From an uncultured bacterium (GTDB taxonomy: Bacteria > Auribacterota > JACPWU01), in the NCBI GenBank assembly GCA_964640155.1, contig CAZXEQ010000003.1, forward strand, positions 74,189 through 106,188: DNA of 32,000 bases, in the 5' to 3' direction. The position numbers and the translations under genes are program-made. Shown one piece after another: positions 28,097 through 32,000 of the stretch. Under the pieces are notes generated by a model, which worked only from the letters and a program-made list of their open reading frames with translations, was not told the DNA's origin and searched no databases. Numbering within the stretch: the first letter of the stretch is position 1; every line of letters begins with the position of its first letter.

Positions 28097-29616
28097 AGTT
28101 TCCACGAAATTTCTGAAATTGTAACATTAGTAGTCCCCATACCTAAAATCACTCGCGAAAATTTTTATGATGAAGTCAGGCGGCGTCAGGAAGAAATGAG
28201 GACGACCAATGATTTGGTATACAAAAAGAGATTGGTGGCAGAGCTGAAATGGATTTTAGATAAATATGGTGATAAAGGTGAATGGGTTGAAGCAAGGCAA
28301 GAACAAGAAGCTTTGAATAAAGGAGATATTTTTGATTCCACTGAGGTTGTGAGCAAGGCTTTGCCTTTTCATTTTCCTGAAGGGGGAATAGTGGCATGTG
28401 AGAGATATCAAGATAAATTTGTGGTAGCGGATACCAACGGAAATATTTTTATGCTCGACACTCAAGATCCACAAGGAAAGTTAGTGCCGCATGCTTACAA
28501 AGGAGAGGGAATTTTAAAGATGCGAGTCAACGGGGATAAGCTTTGGATCATTACAGATGAAGAAAAGCTTACAAGTATCGATTTATCCAATTCAAAAAAT
28601 CATTTAAAAAAAATAGAAAATCATTCGGGCGTACGCTCTCTTGCTACGTTTGATGGAAAAATGATTGTTGGAAAGAATAACGGAGAGGTTTGGATTGAAA
28701 GTGAAGTTTCTAAATTCTTTCCAAAGGGGTTTAGAGAGTGGTTTGAAAGATTTGATGCTGGGGCTACGCCTGTGCCTAAGTTTAGATTGAGATTATTTGA
28801 AATTCTGGCAGAAGGCACTTTGCGATTGTTTAAATTTTTCAAAAGGGTTCTAGGTCTTCCTCTTAAGAAAGTAGGCAAGTTTAAAGGAAATATCTCTGCA
28901 ATATATACGATAGAAAATCAGTTGTTGATTGTAGGAATGAATGGAGAATTAGAAATTTGGACGCCTCGAAAGAGTTGGCTAAGGTTTGTTAGCCCATTTG
29001 AGAAAAGGGTATTAAGAAAGGGCCAGAATAAAGATTTCTCAATCATTGCTTCTGAATTAATAGGGGATCGGCTATTTGTACGAAGTTCAGGGCATGAAAT
29101 TCTTTCATTTGATTTAAAAACTCCTCAAATAGGATTTACTCTTCTTGGAAAAGTAGAGCCTGGTCCCGCTGCTCTTTTTGCCTGGGGAAATAAGCTTGTC
29201 ATTCCAGAATACGATGGATCTTTAAAAGTATGGGATACTGAAAAACCTGAAATAGGATTGCAAAGAGTAGCTTCTTATGAAGCAGGTTTTGCTCTAACGG
29301 CAGTACCGCTAGGCGATAGACTGATGATAGGAGGCGGTCGTGAGTTACAAGTCTATGAAGCCAATCCACGAGGGGTGATGGTAGATGATCAAAATTTTGT
29401 TTCGATGGCGAGTGGAGAGATTTATTCCCGTAAAGATTTATCTACTGAAGTAACTTTGCGTTTGCCCATGCCTCAGGTTGATCCGGAAAATCTTCTTCAG
29501 AGAATTCAAGAACTACAAAAAGAAATCCATGCAAGTACTCCTACTCAAAAAGAAATAATAGCAGCAGAGTTAATTTATAGGATAAAACATTCGTTCTCGA
29601 CAGGCTCGAACAGTGA
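28066..29616 (+). CDS. ORF B, 516 aa: linker, small beta segment and a 7-bladed WD40-like beta-propeller; possibly a frameshifted continuation of ORF A
   Basis: Not in the ORF track. The frame is -1 relative to ORF A. ATG 28066 follows TGA 28057..28059. All codons were checked and the frame is open to TGA 29614..29616. Blades include ADTNGNIFMLD, GKNNGEVWIE, GMNGELEIWT, EYDGSLKVWD and GGGRELQVYE. Confidence 0.7.
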
Positions 29617-29639
29617 TAGCCTTCGGGCGGAGTCGAGAA
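29594..29639. repeat. Palindromic element E6 (46 nt) carrying the ORF B stop codons
   Basis: Inverted termini TTCTCGAC (29594..29601) / GTCGAGAA (29632..29639). Inner pair GCTCGAA / TTCGGGC. Contains TGA TAG at 29614..29619 in the ORF B frame. Confidence 0.75.
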
Positions 29640-29641
29640 GT

Positions 29642-32000
29642 TTGAAAGTTGATGTAGAAAGCGTAGAGTGGATGGAATTTGATGCAGAGAAAAAGGATTT
29701 AAAAGTAGGCGATGTGATCAAAGTAAAGAATGTGATGGGACAATTTTCTGATCATTCTGAGGGTAATACCATTTTATGTAGTGCCGTTCTTCCCGATGGA
29801 AGACTACTGACTGCGGGATGGGGTTCTGTAGAGATTTATGATTCTAAAAATCCCAACAAACCATCAGTCAAAATCGTTCATTCTTCTTCTCCTTTTCAGG
29901 CTTTGGGTCTTTTACCTAATAATCGATTTGTAACAGGAGAAGCGGATGGAACTATTACGATCTATGACTTTCAGGGAAATGTTATTTGGAGTAAGAAGTT
30001 TCTACATCCACTAAGAGCCTTAGGAGTGCTTTCAGATGGGCGTATTGTGGCGGGTGGAACATGGGGGAAAATGACAGTTTATAATCCTAGTGATCCTAAG
30101 GATGAAGGAGAAAGCTTAAGCGGTTATGATGGGACGATTCATGATATTCAAGTTCTTCCAGATGATTCCATTGTTGTCGTAGGCGCTGGAGGATATGTTA
30201 AAAAGTTTGAACTCAAAGCCGGGTCAACTCCGCAATCTTTGGGTCGATATTATCAGTATGATGGTAGACAAATTATTTATAAGACAAGGCGTTTATCCAA
30301 TGGCCATTATGTAGTTGTTGGAGAAGGTGGGGCTATTAAAATTTGTGATCCCAATTATCCAGACAGTGAACCTATTCTGGTCGGCCATTATGGAAAAGAT
30401 GTTCACGCTCTTGAAATTTTGCCGGACGATACCATTGTAGTGGGTGGAGATGGAGGAGAAATTTTAGCTTTTGAACCCAAAGAAAATGCAAAACCTCATA
30501 AATTTGGAAATTATGGGAATGATATTAACATGATTCGCTATTCACCTGCGGATGGAAAGATTTTGATAGGTGGAAGAAATGGAGTGTTAGCGTTTATTGA
30601 AAAAGAGATGGTAGGAGTGATGTGCAGTGAAAAAGATTTCGTAAGCCCTATGGGTAAAAAATATTCTTTAGATCAAGTTTCTACAGATCAAGCCAAAGTG
30701 TTCATTCCAATTCCTCATGTCACCGATGAAAATTTCTCAAGTGCAGTCACTCGCTTGCAAGCTGAGATTAAAACAGCAGAAGGGGCTGAAAAGAAGAGAT
30801 TAGCTGAGGTTCTCATGCATGTTTTGAGGAAAGGGAAACCTGCCCAAAGAAAAGATGGATCCCCGATAGATACACTCGGGGATGACAAACACTCTGTACC
30901 ACTGTCATTCCCGAAGGCTTTTATCGGGAATCCATTAGAAGATAAAAAATGGATTCAGTCCCAACAAAAGAAAGAAGAGCTAGGAGTGGGAGATGTTTTC
31001 AAGACTGAAGGGGTGTTTGTAGAAAGAGTTTCTATATCAGACCGATCACGCACAATAACAACTCAAGCTGTCTTACCCGATGGACGTATTGCTTATGGTT
31101 TTGCAGATGGGTGGGTTGAATTGTGGGATCCTAAGAAACCCCATTTGGGATTTAAAAGAATAGGACAATATGCTGTAGGAAGAGGCAATCAGGAAATCAC
31201 GGTTTTAAAAGTTGTGGCAGGAAAATTATTAATTGCTGGGAAGGCTGGATATCTTGAAGTGTGGGATCCGGAACAGCCTACTCAAAAACCTTGGTGTTTG
31301 GGAGATTACAAAGAAGAAATTTATGCGATTGAAGAATTAGATGGGGAAATTTTTGTCGGTGGGAAAGGAGCAGTTATTCGATATTGGACTTTGGAAGATT
31401 TAAAAAATAAAAAAGAGATTCAGGGAGAAGTTTTGGGACAGTATGGGCATGAATTTAGCAGTGTTTTTAGTTTTCTTGTTGTGGATGGAAAACTTGTAAT
31501 AGGGGGAGGTGTTCAACTAGAATTTTGGGATTCACAAGAGCCAGAGAAAAAAATTCAAAGTACAGCAATGCATGAAGGAGCCACACACGCTTTGCAATAT
31601 TTAGATGGGAAAATTGTTGCTCTTGATTCAAGTGGGCATATCCGTTATTGGGATAAATCTTCTTTGTATGCTCAAGAATCCCAAGTCCCTTATCCTATTG
31701 GAGAGTATGGTATGAAAGCTGAAGCAATGAAGGTTTTGGATGGGAAGTTGTATGTGGGAGGATATGGAGGAGAACTTAAAGTATGGGATCCAGAGAGCTC
31801 ACGAAAAGGTCTGCACAATATATTTCAGTATCAAAATGATGAAGGAGCAAAACCCGGAACAATGAATTATATTACAACTATTTCATATCTTGAAATAGTA
31901 AACGGTCGTTTGTCTATCATAGGCTCCTCTAACGGTGTTGGTGGGGTTACTCTCTTAGAATTTTCTCCAACCGGTGTGGTGAATAGCAAGAATACTTTTA
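29642..32000 (+). CDS. ORF C (partial, open at the window end): two further linker plus 7-bladed propeller modules; start uncertain (TTG 29642 or ATG 29672)
   Basis: Not in the ORF track. The frame opens after TAA 29570..29572. All codons to nt 31999 were checked with no stop. Blades include VLPDGRLLTAGWGSVEIYD, GEADGTITIYD, VLPDGRIAYGFADGWVELWD, GYLEVWD and GELKVWD. Confidence 0.7.
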   Translation, partial: MKVDVESVEWMEFDAEKKDLKVGDVIKVKNVMGQFSDHSEGNTILCSAVLPDGRLLTAGWGSVEIYDSKNPNKPSVKIVHSSSPFQALGLLPNNRFVTGEADGTITIYDFQGNVIWSKKFLHPLRALGVLSDGRIVAGGTWGKMTVYNPSDPKDEGESLSGYDGTIHDIQVLPDDSIVVVGAGGYVKKFELKAGSTPQSLGRYYQYDGRQIIYKTRRLSNGHYVVVGEGGAIKICDPNYPDSEPILVGHYGKDVHALEILPDDTIVVGGDGGEILAFEPKENAKPHKFGNYGNDINMIRYSPADGKILIGGRNGVLAFIEKEMVGVMCSEKDFVSPMGKKYSLDQVSTDQAKVFIPIPHVTDENFSSAVTRLQAEIKTAEGAEKKRLAEVLMHVLRKGKPAQRKDGSPIDTLGDDKHSVPLSFPKAFIGNPLEDKKWIQSQQKKEELGVGDVFKTEGVFVERVSISDRSRTITTQAVLPDGRIAYGFADGWVELWDPKKPHLGFKRIGQYAVGRGNQEITVLKVVAGKLLIAGKAGYLEVWDPEQPTQKPWCLGDYKEEIYAIEELDGEIFVGGKGAVIRYWTLEDLKNKKEIQGEVLGQYGHEFSSVFSFLVVDGKLVIGGGVQLEFWDSQEPEKKIQSTAMHEGATHALQYLDGKIVALDSSGHIRYWDKSSLYAQESQVPYPIGEYGMKAEAMKVLDGKLYVGGYGGELKVWDPESSRKGLHNIFQYQNDEGAKPGTMNYITTISYLEIVNGRLSIIGSSNGVGGVTLLEFSPTGVVNSKNTF
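30857..30933. repeat. Palindromic element E5, translated in frame in ORF C (DGSPIDTLGDDKHSVPLSFPKAFIGNP)
   Basis: Two inverted hairpin units: GGATCCCCGA...TCGGGGATGAC (30857..30886) and GTCATTCCCGA...TCGGGAATCC (30904..30933). Confidence 0.7.

Noticed and set aside
25882-28878. Minus-strand ORFs from the track (25882..26124, 26401..26607, 27423..27923, 28176..28397, 28256..28474, 28621..28878)
   Set aside because: All lie antisense to the long, motif-rich + strand frames of ORFs A and B. Their sequences are low-complexity. One (26401..26607) owes its length to the GC-rich element E4. I judge them spurious.
24044-30933. CRISPR array interpretation of the repeated palindromes
   Set aside because: The elements belong to several different sequence families, are irregularly spaced (80 nt to 3 kb apart) and lie inside an open reading frame. 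There is no repeat-spacer periodicity.

Overview
AT-rich bacterial chromosomal window. I saw no rRNA, tRNA or CRISPR array. Positions 1-22,100 form a respiratory / nitrogen-oxide island. It holds a partial ADP-forming acetyl-CoA synthetase, a HAD phosphatase, a hemerythrin plus NnrS pair, an outer-membrane beta-barrel and an MFS transporter. It also holds an A-type heme-copper oxidase operon (subunits II-I-III) and a nitronate-monooxygenase-family flavoprotein. Next comes a Sec-type (clade II) nos cluster: nosZ, a NosB-like/NosD/NosF open frame interrupted by one in-frame TAA, nosY, nosL and a cupredoxin. Two NirJ/AhbC/AhbD-type radical SAM genes and a stand-alone CheY-like receiver follow. 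One palindrome (TATGAT-N4-ATCATA) occurs six times, each time in an intergenic region upstream of a transcription unit. Positions 22,331-32,000 have no + strand entries in the supplied ORF track, but codon-by-codon translation shows the region is almost entirely coding. ORF A (22331..28096, 1,921 aa) has a signal-anchor, a large N-terminal domain and three AAA_5 (MoxR/dynein-like) modules. ORF B (28066..29616, 516 aa) carries a 7-bladed WD40-like propeller. ORF C (about 29642 to beyond 32000) carries two more propeller modules and is open at the window edge. A and B differ by a -1 frame step. B and C are separated by a 46-nt palindromic element whose excision restores a single frame. The three may therefore be fragments of one gene of more than 3,200 aa. 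Six GC-rich palindromic mini-elements are embedded in this locus, five of them translated in frame. This locus is my best candidate for an undescribed system, and its function is unknown. All homology statements rest on motif recognition by eye; no database search was run.
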